Virus record (IMG/VR): IMGVR_UViG_3300028048_000070
Span: 62,001 to 126,000 of that record
DNA length: 64,000 nucleotides
Strand: one strand, 5' to 3'
From: an uncultured virus (IMG/VR IMGVR_UViG_3300028048_000070)
Taxonomy: Duplodnaviria > Heunggongvirae > Uroviricota > Caudoviricetes
Shown: positions 40,533-49,618 of the stretch, piece after piece
How the letters are laid out: each line of letters begins with the position of its first letter
Position numbering within the stretch: position 1 is the stretch's first letter
Notes under the pieces: model-generated
What the model was told of the DNA's origin: nothing
Database searches by the model: none
Seen by the model: the letters and a program-made list of their open reading frames with translations, nothing else
Translations under genes and position numbers: made by a program

Positions 40533-41741
40533 TTATTCCTGGTATAATCTGTTGCACCATTCCCCATAGTATTTCCATACTTTATGGGAATTTTTATTGG
40601 TACCTTTCTTTTTATGCTTACCAGTATTATATGACCAGTAAGCATTTTCAGAGATACCATGGTTATTAACACAAATATTTATTTCATCCATTGCAGCACG
40701 AATGTTTATATAATCATTATACTGCAATTCATCACAAGTTAAGGTTGACATATCATAAGAGCTTATTAATCCTTTCTTTTTAAGCTCTTTCCAATTGCAA
40801 CTATTAACTTGTAAGATTCCTAAATCCCTACTACCATTTTTGTTGTAGTTGGATCTTTCTCTCCCAAAGTCACTCTCTTGTTGCATCATTCCCAATAAGA
40901 GAGCATAATAATGTTCTGGATCAGCAGGATAGAATTCTCTACAGAGATCATATGTATATTTCTGTAAATCCTTACTGAATTTATATTTCTCAACCAAATA
41001 GTTACTATAAGGAGTTTTATCAAGATTAGCTTGATACTCCTTATAATCATCTTCATCTCCTATATAATCAGACTTAATATAATATGTCTGGTCATTATAA
41101 AGAATTTCAGACCATCCATTTTCCTCTTTTATAAAATCTACATCTGTTCCAGCATCTAATACAAATGCAGATTCAGAATCTTCAGATGGTCCAGTTCTAA
41201 CATTTACATTAGTAAATGTCTTTTTATCAATGGAATTAAATTTTTTATATTCCATAATAGTTCCCACATAATCTGACTTTACATATGCAGGAGAACCATC
41301 ATGTAATATTTTAATCCAATCCCCCTTATCCTCCAATACATCTACAAATGTATTTTGAGGAATTTCAGATACAATGTCTGAATTGACATCTGGACTCTTT
41401 CTAGCATTAATATTTCTAAATGTTAAACTCTGATACTGCACCCTTTTAGAATAATCTATTCCTAAAGTTTTAGTAGGAATAGATTCATTGACATATTTAC
41501 TATTGTTGACCATCACAATTTTAATTGGTTCTTTTTTTATAGTGGTACCATTGACAGCTGTTTTTGGATTTGCTTTAAATCCAAATCCAATAACTATCAG
41601 CAATGCTATTATGGAACTTGCTGTCAAAGAGATCAAAATAAAGTTATCTTTTAATCTCTTTAGCATTTCTTTTCTTTTTTCTCTTTTTATATTTTTATCT
41701 CTTATTCTCCAAAAATTTTTTGATCGTTCTTCTCCAATCAT
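40533..41741 (-). CDS. Membrane-anchored cell-wall enzyme: two SH3b domains plus a lytic-transglycosylase (SLT-like) domain
   Basis: TM helix; INARKSP...W.KI...AYVKSDY and VNVRTGP...WSEI...YIKSDY (SH3b); MMQQESDFG, DLGILQVN, YNTG (SLT motifs). Confidence 0.85.
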   Translation of the reverse strand: MIGEERSKNFWRIRDKNIKREKRKEMLKRLKDNFILISLTASSIIALLIVIGFGFKANPKTAVNGTTIKKEPIKIVMVNNSKYVNESIPTKTLGIDYSKRVQYQSLTFRNINARKSPDVNSDIVSEIPQNTFVDVLEDKGDWIKILHDGSPAYVKSDYVGTIMEYKKFNSIDKKTFTNVNVRTGPSEDSESAFVLDAGTDVDFIKEENGWSEILYNDQTYYIKSDYIGDEDDYKEYQANLDKTPYSNYLVEKYKFSKDLQKYTYDLCREFYPADPEHYYALLLGMMQQESDFGRERSNYNKNGSRDLGILQVNSCNWKELKKKGLISSYDMSTLTCDELQYNDYINIRAAMDEINICVNNHGISENAYWSYNTGKHKKKGTNKNSHKVWKYYGEWCNRLYQE

Positions 41742-41788
41742 AAATTAAACCTCCTTTTATTACTCTTATTGAATTTTTTCATGGTCAC
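41738..41788 (-). CDS. Putative 16-aa leader peptide coupled to the lytic enzyme gene
   Basis: AGGAGG RBS, then GTG start MTMKKFNKSNKRRFNL; its TGA overlaps the ATG of 40533-41741. Confidence 0.45.
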   Translation of the reverse strand: MTMKKFNKSNKRRFNL

Positions 41789-41821
41789 TATTCCTCCTAA
41801 ATAGTAATATTACCCACAGTT

Positions 41822-41836
41822 TCATTATTATAATAT
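41822..41836 (-). promoter_or_regulatory. Putative early promoter motif ATATTATAATAATGA
   Basis: Identical to 6500-6514(-). Confidence 0.55.
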
Positions 41837-41936
41837 CTATCTAAAAATATTTATAAATAGATATATTTATATTTTTAATTATTACATTTTATTGTACTTT
41901 TTTATAAAAATTAATTTGTAATAAGGAGAATTAATT

Positions 41937-42725
41937 ATGACAGAATTTAATGGGGTTCCATTCCAATATAATCCTGCTATAACTAATGTAAATATAGATA
42001 ATCAACTTGCTGGGATTCTATCTCGGTTTAGTGATGACTATATTTTAGATATAGTTAAGGATTCCATTAATAACAGATTTAGGTTATATGATCTTCCTAG
42101 ACCTAATATAGTTAATGCTTTTGAAATTACTTTTAAAGAATTAACCGATGGATTTACATCTAATACAGATGAAATTCTATCTACAAGAACTAGAGTTTAT
42201 AATAACATTATAAATATTATTTGTAATTATTATGATTTTGCATTTATTCAAAATGATGATACAGATATATTCTCTGCTGCATATTGGTTATATGATACAT
42301 TTGTATCTAATTTTACATCTTCATTAATTAATTTTTATACTTTATATTTAATTAGAGAAAGAAAATCTATTGATTTGGCATTAAATTTATCAGAAATGGA
42401 TAAAATTAATGAAACTACTTATATTTATTCTAAAAAATTATTTAAAGATCCTAGCTTAGCTGGTATTCATTGTAATCTTGAATATGTAATTGATCAAATT
42501 AGTAATTTTGATATTAATCTATATACTATTTTAAGCACTGTCTATTCTGGATCTAATATAGATATTGGCAATTATATTGCTAGTATTATTACTGATACAA
42601 CTGGAATGTTTTTTAGAAAGTATTATGAATCATTTATATTTGGTAAAGAAGCAGCAGACATTCTTACATTAATTAAATTAAATTTACAACAATTAGGAAG
42701 TGAAATTGAGGCTTTGGGAGATTAG
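41937..42725 (+). CDS. Conserved hypothetical (probably late) protein
   Basis: AAGGAG RBS; 262-aa ORF. Confidence 0.8.
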   Translation: MTEFNGVPFQYNPAITNVNIDNQLAGILSRFSDDYILDIVKDSINNRFRLYDLPRPNIVNAFEITFKELTDGFTSNTDEILSTRTRVYNNIINIICNYYDFAFIQNDDTDIFSAAYWLYDTFVSNFTSSLINFYTLYLIRERKSIDLALNLSEMDKINETTYIYSKKLFKDPSLAGIHCNLEYVIDQISNFDINLYTILSTVYSGSNIDIGNYIASIITDTTGMFFRKYYESFIFGKEAADILTLIKLNLQQLGSEIEALGD

Positions 42726-42736
42726 AGTAAAAGAAA

Positions 42737-42952
42737 ATGACTGAAGATAGGCTTAAACAACATGATATAGAAGAAAGATTTGTTTGCTTATCATGTGCTA
42801 TGATTTATAGAACAAATATTTATTCGGATAGAGAACCATTTAGAAAATATTATGATAAAATTTGGGCAAAATGCCCTAGATGTAATTGTATATCGTATAA
42901 GCCTATTGCTAAACCTGAAAATGAAGTAATTAATAGTGGAGAAGATATTTAA
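42737..42952 (+). CDS. Small zinc-ribbon protein
   Basis: CLSC...CPRC. Confidence 0.6.
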   Translation: MTEDRLKQHDIEERFVCLSCAMIYRTNIYSDREPFRKYYDKIWAKCPRCNCISYKPIAKPENEVINSGEDI

Positions 42953-42953
42953 A

Positions 42954-44126
42954 ATGAATAATATAGACAATAATAAAGTAGATGAGCTTTACAATAATCT
43001 TTTAGAATCTGCTAAAGGTATAGTAGAAAATGAAGATGGAAGTACAAGTTATGCAGACTTAAAAGAGTTAGATATTAATACTACTGAATCTCCTATATCT
43101 ACTACCGGTATATATAATCCTATTACTGGAGATATAACAGCAGATACTGCTAGTACAAATACTAAAGTATTATCAGATTTACATTTTAATAGATTCACTG
43201 GTGGAGAAGAAGTTTCTCTTACTTTTGATGAAATTAAGAATATTCTTCCTAGAACTGTAGAATCTGAACTTACTGATTTAGAAGAGATAAATATTTTAAA
43301 TAATATCATTAAGAAAAAATTTAATGGTGAAAAAATTAGTTATGATGAACTTCCTAGTTTTCTAAAAGAATCAGCACTTGATATTGTTAGAAAATCTTCT
43401 GATGATGGACCAGCATTAGCATTTCTTGGAAATAAAACCAGACTTAATTATGCTGCTAATTTACTTATTGGAGAATTAGCAAAAGAATGGGAAAAGAAAA
43501 ATGCTTATATAGACTTAGATACTATGCTTGCTGGATTTGATCAAGATTTTCAGAAACTTCAGAATGAAACATCAAAAGAATTTGGTAATATTTTAATGTC
43601 TTTTGATGAAGAAAGAAAAAAGGAAATTGATGCTGCTATTGCTAGATGTAAAGCAGAAGGTAAAGAAGAAGCTGTTGAGAAATTAGAGAAAATTAAAAGT
43701 GTTATTGATGAGGCTTATAATTTAACTAATTTTTCTGAGTATTGTAAGCATGTAAAAATTAAGAAGTTTGATTTAGAAAAACCTAAAAAAGTATTTCTTT
43801 CTTTTAATGCTAAATATTTAAAGCATAATAATAATATTAATGATATTCAATATTGTCCTGTAGTATTAGATAGACATATTATTGGAGATAGTAAATCTAA
43901 TATGAAATTATGTTTAGCATTTTGTAAATATTGTATGAACTATTCTCCAGATAATATAGAAGAACATAGTTTTATGTATTATTTTATTAAGAACATCATT
44001 CTTCTTGATAGAATAAATCCTAAAGGATTGATGTATGATTCTTTAGATGAGAAATCTAAGAAATTCTATGATGGATTTTTAAATAATCTTAAAAAATGCA
44101 TTTTAAATCTTAATAATCGACAGTAA
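42954..44126 (+). CDS. Hypothetical protein
   Basis: Long ORF; ATG 42954 follows the upstream stop (alternative GTG at 42936). Confidence 0.8.
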   Translation: MNNIDNNKVDELYNNLLESAKGIVENEDGSTSYADLKELDINTTESPISTTGIYNPITGDITADTASTNTKVLSDLHFNRFTGGEEVSLTFDEIKNILPRTVESELTDLEEINILNNIIKKKFNGEKISYDELPSFLKESALDIVRKSSDDGPALAFLGNKTRLNYAANLLIGELAKEWEKKNAYIDLDTMLAGFDQDFQKLQNETSKEFGNILMSFDEERKKEIDAAIARCKAEGKEEAVEKLEKIKSVIDEAYNLTNFSEYCKHVKIKKFDLEKPKKVFLSFNAKYLKHNNNINDIQYCPVVLDRHIIGDSKSNMKLCLAFCKYCMNYSPDNIEEHSFMYYFIKNIILLDRINPKGLMYDSLDEKSKKFYDGFLNNLKKCILNLNNRQ

Positions 44127-44127
44127 T

Positions 44128-44139
44128 AACATATAAATA
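44128..44139 (+). promoter_or_regulatory. Putative late promoter AACA-N6-TA with no downstream CDS
   Basis: AACA tataaa TA immediately after the stop at 44126. Confidence 0.5.
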
Positions 44140-44398
44140 AATGAGAATGTGTAATTACTGCCCATTTCCTTTAATTATGCATTTTTCAATAATGTGATTT
44201 CCACAATCATATATACCTCCTTTTTGTTATTTTGCGTGTGTTGGGTTTCATGCTTTTCTCCTGTGTTTCATAACTTGTCGTTATCCTTTCTGATTTATTG
44301 TATGCTTGTTATTTGTTGTTCATGACTAAACCTCCTTTCGTTATTTTTTGACAGAAGACCCAGTAGGAGCCTTCCCTACTGGGTTTCTTCTGTATTTT
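44139..44398 (+). ncRNA. Candidate small RNA made of tandem anti-Shine-Dalgarno/anti-AUG modules
   Basis: U-rich and A-poor with no long ORF. CAT-spacer-CCTCC/TCCT units at 44163, 44208, 44249, 44269 and 44321. Bounded by a promoter-like motif and a strong + strand terminator. Confidence 0.6.
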
Positions 44399-44400
44399 TT
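44351..44400 (+). terminator. Strong intrinsic terminator
   Basis: acagaagacccagtagg...cctactgggtttcttctgt followed by atttttt; a U-tract follows only on the + strand. Confidence 0.85.
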
Positions 44401-44450
44401 ATTGAAACTTAATAGTAATCAAACTAAGTGAAAGGTATGGTGTATATAAA

Positions 44451-47330
44451 ATGCTTTTAGATAGTTCATATACAATCATCCCACAGATCAGATTTACACT
44501 CTCTTTTGATAATGATATAATTAAAACTGTAACTGTTAAACATGAAGATACTGTCTCTTGCACTTATAAGAAGAACGGAGAAAGATTTTCAATTATTGGT
44601 ATTGTAACTAAAATTGGATGCAATTTCAATTCTTCTCTTGGAGCAGTTGGCACCACTGCTTACATTCAAATCGATGGTTCTTCTGAATATTCTGGAGAAG
44701 TTATTTATGTTCAGCCAAGTCAAATTCTTGATATTAATGTGATATCTTCTACTAGTGTTGTAGAAAATATTGTTTGCTCTGTATCCAATGAAGATCAAAG
44801 AATTACATTAGTTAGAGAAAATGAAGTTGGTGTATTCCAATATAGCTTAGATGGCATAACTTGGAATGCTGCAGTTGGATCTCAAGGTATGTCGGCATAT
44901 GAATGTGCTGTAGCTCTTGGATTCAATGGTACTGAAGAAGAATGGCTTACTAGTCTTATTGGACCTAAAGGAGATACTGGAGAAGCTGGAGCTTTAGAAA
45001 TCTATAAAGTATTTCATTCTATTATAGAAGCAGAAACTGATAGATGTGAAGTTCCTATTGGAAAACTTGTCGCTATTGTGCTTGATGATACATATCTTTT
45101 TGTTAGAAAAGAGGATGGTAATTCTAATTGCAATTGTGGCTGTGGTTGTTTTATTGATGACTCTGGCAATACCGATCCTATACAAGTTAAAGGATATGAT
45201 TACCTTGGATCTCTTACTGTGGGTCCTGAAGGAAAACAGGGTGAGCCTGGTAAGTCTGCATATGAATATGCAGTTGAAGGAGGATATCCTGGAACTGAAG
45301 AAGAGTTTACCCAGACATTGGGTAAATCTGCTGTAGCAGTAACTAGTTTCTTTATGGGTAAAGATCCTACATTGAAGGAAACTGTAATTGGTCCTATTGA
45401 TATGAAGATCTTTGGATATACTGATAAAGAAACATTTAAAAGTGTTGAACTCTCTAGAATTGATGTTTATTCTTCTATAAGAGATATCAATCAGACTTTG
45501 ATTCTTCCAGAGACAATTACTCTTAGAGCAGTTCCTACTAAAAATACTGCAGCTAAGCCTAATCTCTTCATTGAAGATGAAATGTATGTGGCTGATCATA
45601 TTACCAGCTATAATGGAAAGATTGGTGTTCTTAGAAGAATAAAGTATATTGAATCTTATAGTGGTGAAACTATTATATCTGACTGGATTTCTTCTACTGG
45701 TGAACTTGATTATGGTGCTGCAATTCAGTATGTAATAGATGGAGAATTCTTTGAATTTGCTCCTGAAGTTCAAACTCAGTATAGAAAACTTCATACATAT
45801 GATAATGAAACTACTATTGAGACAACCGAATCTACTTATATTTCTATTGTATATCCGATCGATATCACTAAGTTTGTAAATACTTATGTAGAAACCTATA
45901 TTGAAGAACATAAAACTGAAATTGTTGCTCCTGTTGTAAGAGAACTTATTGGTCTTCCAGATGGAGAAACTGTTGCATCTTATGTAGACAAGAAAATTGA
46001 AGAATCTGTTGGAGATCTTCCAGATGGGTATGATTCTGTAGCAGATTATATTGATGATAAAATTGGTGAACTTCCTGATGGGGTAAATTCTATTACCGAT
46101 CTTATTGGAGAATTACCTGATGGAGTTAGTTCTGTAACTGATCTTATTGATAATAAAGTTGGAGAATTGCCAGATGGAAAATCTGTAACGGATCTTATTG
46201 GTAATTTACCTGATGGGGTAAATTCTATTACCGATCTTATTGGAGATCTTCCAGATGGTATAAATTCTGTTACTGAACTTATTGGTGAAGTTCCAGATGG
46301 AAAATCTGTAACAGATCTTATCGGTAATCTTCCAGATGGTATAAATTCTGTTACTGAACTTATTGGTGAAGTTCCAGATGGAAAATCTGTAACCGATTAT
46401 GTTAATGATAAGATTGGTGATCTTCCTGATGGAGTTAGTTCTGTAACTGATCTTATTGGAGAATTACCTGATGGTACAACTTCAGTAGTTGACCTTATTA
46501 ATAATACTATTGGTAATCTTCCTGATGAATATAACTCTGTATCTGAATATGTAGATGCTATTAGCAATAAAATTGGAGAATTACCTGATGGTACTGACTC
46601 TGTAGTTGATTTTATCAAAGATACGATTGGTGAAGTTCCTAGCAAGTATAATTCTGTAATTGATTATCTTGATGACATTAAAAATTCTGTAGGTGAAGTA
46701 CCCGAGGAATATAATTCATTAGCAGAGTATGTAACTGCTATTGTTGGTGAATTACCTGATGAGTATGAAAATATTGCAGATTATATTAAAGATGTCAAAG
46801 ATGAAATTGGAGAATTACCTGATGGAAAAACTGTAACTGATCTTATTGGTGAAGTACCTGAGGAGTATGATTCTCTTGCTGATTTTATTAATAAAAAGAC
46901 ATCTTATGAAACAGGATTTACAACAACTGTAGATGTTGGTGGAGTTCCTGCTGGTACTGTTATTAATTCTAATGCTCAACTTCTTGATCTTATGAGACAG
47001 ATTTTAGCTCCTGAAGGAAGTAATGAAACTATTACACTTTATTTTGGTGTAACTCATGATATTCCTACAGATCTAACTGGATTAATTGCTCAAGAAAAGA
47101 ATAAAGCTACGGTATTAAATCAAAGTACAAATTATTATTATACTGCAAATGATGAACATTTTGTTTTTGCTACTCCTAAATCTATTGAACCTTTAATTTC
47201 TATTAAAGACTTTTCTGGTTTGGAACAGTTTAGTGGATGGGCATCTATAGAGTATAATGATTATACAATTTATTACACTAAAGAACCTCTTACCATTGAT
47301 AATTTCAGAATTATATTTTACTACAGATAA
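44451..47330 (+). CDS. Virion fibre or decoration-type protein with collagen-like segments and ~14-18 aa repeats
   Basis: SAYECAVALGFNGTEEEWL, GPKGDTGEAG, GPEGKQGEPGKSAYE; many (I/V)G(E/D/N)(L/V)PDG repeats; AACT-N6-TA at 44406. Confidence 0.7.
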   Translation: MLLDSSYTIIPQIRFTLSFDNDIIKTVTVKHEDTVSCTYKKNGERFSIIGIVTKIGCNFNSSLGAVGTTAYIQIDGSSEYSGEVIYVQPSQILDINVISSTSVVENIVCSVSNEDQRITLVRENEVGVFQYSLDGITWNAAVGSQGMSAYECAVALGFNGTEEEWLTSLIGPKGDTGEAGALEIYKVFHSIIEAETDRCEVPIGKLVAIVLDDTYLFVRKEDGNSNCNCGCGCFIDDSGNTDPIQVKGYDYLGSLTVGPEGKQGEPGKSAYEYAVEGGYPGTEEEFTQTLGKSAVAVTSFFMGKDPTLKETVIGPIDMKIFGYTDKETFKSVELSRIDVYSSIRDINQTLILPETITLRAVPTKNTAAKPNLFIEDEMYVADHITSYNGKIGVLRRIKYIESYSGETIISDWISSTGELDYGAAIQYVIDGEFFEFAPEVQTQYRKLHTYDNETTIETTESTYISIVYPIDITKFVNTYVETYIEEHKTEIVAPVVRELIGLPDGETVASYVDKKIEESVGDLPDGYDSVADYIDDKIGELPDGVNSITDLIGELPDGVSSVTDLIDNKVGELPDGKSVTDLIGNLPDGVNSITDLIGDLPDGINSVTELIGEVPDGKSVTDLIGNLPDGINSVTELIGEVPDGKSVTDYVNDKIGDLPDGVSSVTDLIGELPDGTTSVVDLINNTIGNLPDEYNSVSEYVDAISNKIGELPDGTDSVVDFIKDTIGEVPSKYNSVIDYLDDIKNSVGEVPEEYNSLAEYVTAIVGELPDEYENIADYIKDVKDEIGELPDGKTVTDLIGEVPEEYDSLADFINKKTSYETGFTTTVDVGGVPAGTVINSNAQLLDLMRQILAPEGSNETITLYFGVTHDIPTDLTGLIAQEKNKATVLNQSTNYYYTANDEHFVFATPKSIEPLISIKDFSGLEQFSGWASIEYNDYTIYYTKEPLTIDNFRIIFYYR
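45947..46890 (+). repeat. Coding tandem repeats IGELPDG.NS.TDL
   Basis: About 20 imperfect copies, some identical at DNA level. Confidence 0.85.
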
Positions 47331-47348
47331 TATGGAAGGGGTGTAAAT

Positions 47349-48089
47349 ATGATACAAATTGTTCAGGGTTTTGAAGTTAAAACAAGAGAGGCTATTGATA
47401 ATCGTTTAGTATTATCAAAGCAAGAAATGTTTAATATAAATGATAACCATATGCCTGTCAAATATTTTGCTGTTTGCTCAGATGATGGTTATCTTTATAT
47501 ATACAATAAAGATTCTGCAATAATTTCTTCTGAAACTGGTAAATTTAAAAAATATTCTTATTGTAAAATTGAATCTATTTCTATTAATGGAGTAGAACTT
47601 CCTATTAATGACATGGCAGTAGATATTCCTCTTTCCACTCATGAAGCTTTTGGCGTATCAATGGCTGGAAAAGGTATTAGCTCTGTTAATGGTGTCTATA
47701 ATATTGATTTTACTACACTTGATGATGCTGAAATTCCAATTGAGAAAGTTCAATGGGAAAATGCTATCATAGTACGTGGATATTTATTTGAAGGACAATT
47801 TTACCAAGATGAAGAGCATAGAATTAAATATGTTCCATATGAATACAAAATTTATGTTGATATAACTTCCTCCACTATTTTTATTTACAATGGAGAAAAT
47901 TATATATCTGCCATTGCTAATGTACCATTTGCAGATCAGAATCTTGCTGGTATTGCTAAATTGTATCAAAGTACTGGCACAAATACAGATGGTTCCATCT
48001 CTCAAAAAATAGTAACTGAAGAACTTAATCAGCGATTTAAAATTACTACAAATGCAGCAGAAGAAACCATCTTATTTTTAAACAATTAA
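47349..48089 (+). CDS. Tail-fibre-associated protein
   Basis: IESISINGVEL and AGIAKLYQSTGTNTDGSISQK segments typical of fibre proteins; context. Confidence 0.55.
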   Translation: MIQIVQGFEVKTREAIDNRLVLSKQEMFNINDNHMPVKYFAVCSDDGYLYIYNKDSAIISSETGKFKKYSYCKIESISINGVELPINDMAVDIPLSTHEAFGVSMAGKGISSVNGVYNIDFTTLDDAEIPIEKVQWENAIIVRGYLFEGQFYQDEEHRIKYVPYEYKIYVDITSSTIFIYNGENYISAIANVPFADQNLAGIAKLYQSTGTNTDGSISQKIVTEELNQRFKITTNAAEETILFLNN

Positions 48090-48131
48090 TTAAATTAATA
48101 AATCAACTATCTTACAAAGGAGATAAATATT

Positions 48132-49505
48132 ATGGCTTTTACACCTACTTATGAGCATAATCAGACAATGGCTAAGCTTAATGTCAATGGCTCTATCTAT
48201 TGGCTGAAAGATGCTGATCTTCGTGGTATTATTGCTACTTTTGGTGATGCTGTTCTTAAGAATGTTGATACTACCTTTACTGAAGATAGTGTTAACCTTG
48301 TAACTTCTGCTGCAATCCAGGCTTGGGTTGAGGAGCAGATTGCTGACCTTGAAGGTGTTATGCACTTTAGAGGTATTGTTGAAAAGCAGAATGAAGAGAC
48401 TGATACTCAGGCTATTGCTCGTGTTGTCACTGATCCTGAGGCTGGTGATGTTGTTGTTATTAAGGGTAATGGTAAGGAATATATCTATAGTGGCTCTGCA
48501 TGGGAAGAGCTCGGTGACCAGAATATCTATCTGACCATTGCTTCTGCAGCTGCTACTTATGTTCCGAAGACCACCACTGTTGCTGGTATTGCTCTTGATC
48601 ACAGTATTACTGTTTCTGAGCTTGAGGCTGCTTCTGCTCTGAATCTTAAGGCTCTTGCACATAAGGATACTGCTACTGGTACTGTTGCTACTGCTGATTC
48701 TATTGATGATATCACTGTAGCTAAGGCTGGTGAGTATGCTATTAGTGGTAACACCGTTGCTGTTCCTCAGACTTGGAATGCTCTTGATGTTACTCCGGCT
48801 GGTACTGTTGCTCTTACTGCTGGTACTGCTGCAGCTGCTACCTATCAGAAGACTTCTTCTATTACTGTTTCTGCAGGTGCTGTTGGTGATGGTCAGACTG
48901 CTACCTATACTCCTGATGGTTCCATTACTCTGCCGAGTATCACTGCTACTGTTACTCTTGGTAAGGAAGCAGTTGCTACTGTTACCGATGCTGGTACTGC
49001 ATATACTCTGAGTGATGGTGCAGTTACTAAGGCTTCTGATACAACTGCTAAGTTTGTTAAGAAGGGTGTATCCTTTGCTATGGATACTACCGATACTGAG
49101 CAGCTGAACCTTGCTTATGTTGCATCTACTGATACTGAGTTCTATACCGATGCTGTTACTGAAGCTGGTGCTATCACTTATACTAAGCAGACCATTTCTG
49201 GTGCTCTTCCGACCTTTGGAACAAAGGATGTTGCTACTAGTGTTGCTTCTGCTACTGCAGCTTATGATGGTGATGCTTCCTTCAGTGGTGTTGGTACTGT
49301 TCTTGGTGCTACTCCTGCATTTGAAACTGCTAATGCTGTTGTTACTCAGCCGACCTTCACTGCAGAGTTCTCTGGTACTGCTAAATCTGTTACTCCGACT
49401 GCTGCCACCACTTCTGATGCTCTTGCTGATGGTTCCATCACTGTTGCAACCGAGACCAAGAGCCTTACCCTTAACAAGACTGATAAGACTGTTACTGTGT
49501 CCTGA
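48132..49505 (+). CDS. Thr/Ala-rich fibre-like structural protein
   Basis: LNVNGSIYWLKDADLR, MHFRG and GKEYIYSGSAWEELG; strong high-expression codon bias. Confidence 0.65.
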   Translation: MAFTPTYEHNQTMAKLNVNGSIYWLKDADLRGIIATFGDAVLKNVDTTFTEDSVNLVTSAAIQAWVEEQIADLEGVMHFRGIVEKQNEETDTQAIARVVTDPEAGDVVVIKGNGKEYIYSGSAWEELGDQNIYLTIASAAATYVPKTTTVAGIALDHSITVSELEAASALNLKALAHKDTATGTVATADSIDDITVAKAGEYAISGNTVAVPQTWNALDVTPAGTVALTAGTAAAATYQKTSSITVSAGAVGDGQTATYTPDGSITLPSITATVTLGKEAVATVTDAGTAYTLSDGAVTKASDTTAKFVKKGVSFAMDTTDTEQLNLAYVASTDTEFYTDAVTEAGAITYTKQTISGALPTFGTKDVATSVASATAAYDGDASFSGVGTVLGATPAFETANAVVTQPTFTAEFSGTAKSVTPTAATTSDALADGSITVATETKSLTLNKTDKTVTVS

Positions 49506-49618
49506 TTTAGTCTTATTTTGGATAAAACTAGAATTATTGGGGAGGGGAGTTATCTCCCCTCTCTAGTTTTTTATTGAATTGACATCTTATTATACAGAAT
49601 TGGTATTGTCATAATAAG

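Noticed and set aside
44139..44340. CRISPR array or tRNA in the non-coding gap
   Set aside because: No identical direct repeats with regular spacing and no cloverleaf or T-loop motif; the recurring units are SD/AUG complements
44994..45911. Long antisense or alternate-frame ORFs (also 48090-48662, 60509-61264, 8098-8508, 52795-53412 and similar)
   Set aside because: They are shadows of strongly biased sense-strand codon usage (NNT codons give Ser/Ile/Asn-rich antisense frames), with no RBS or motifs
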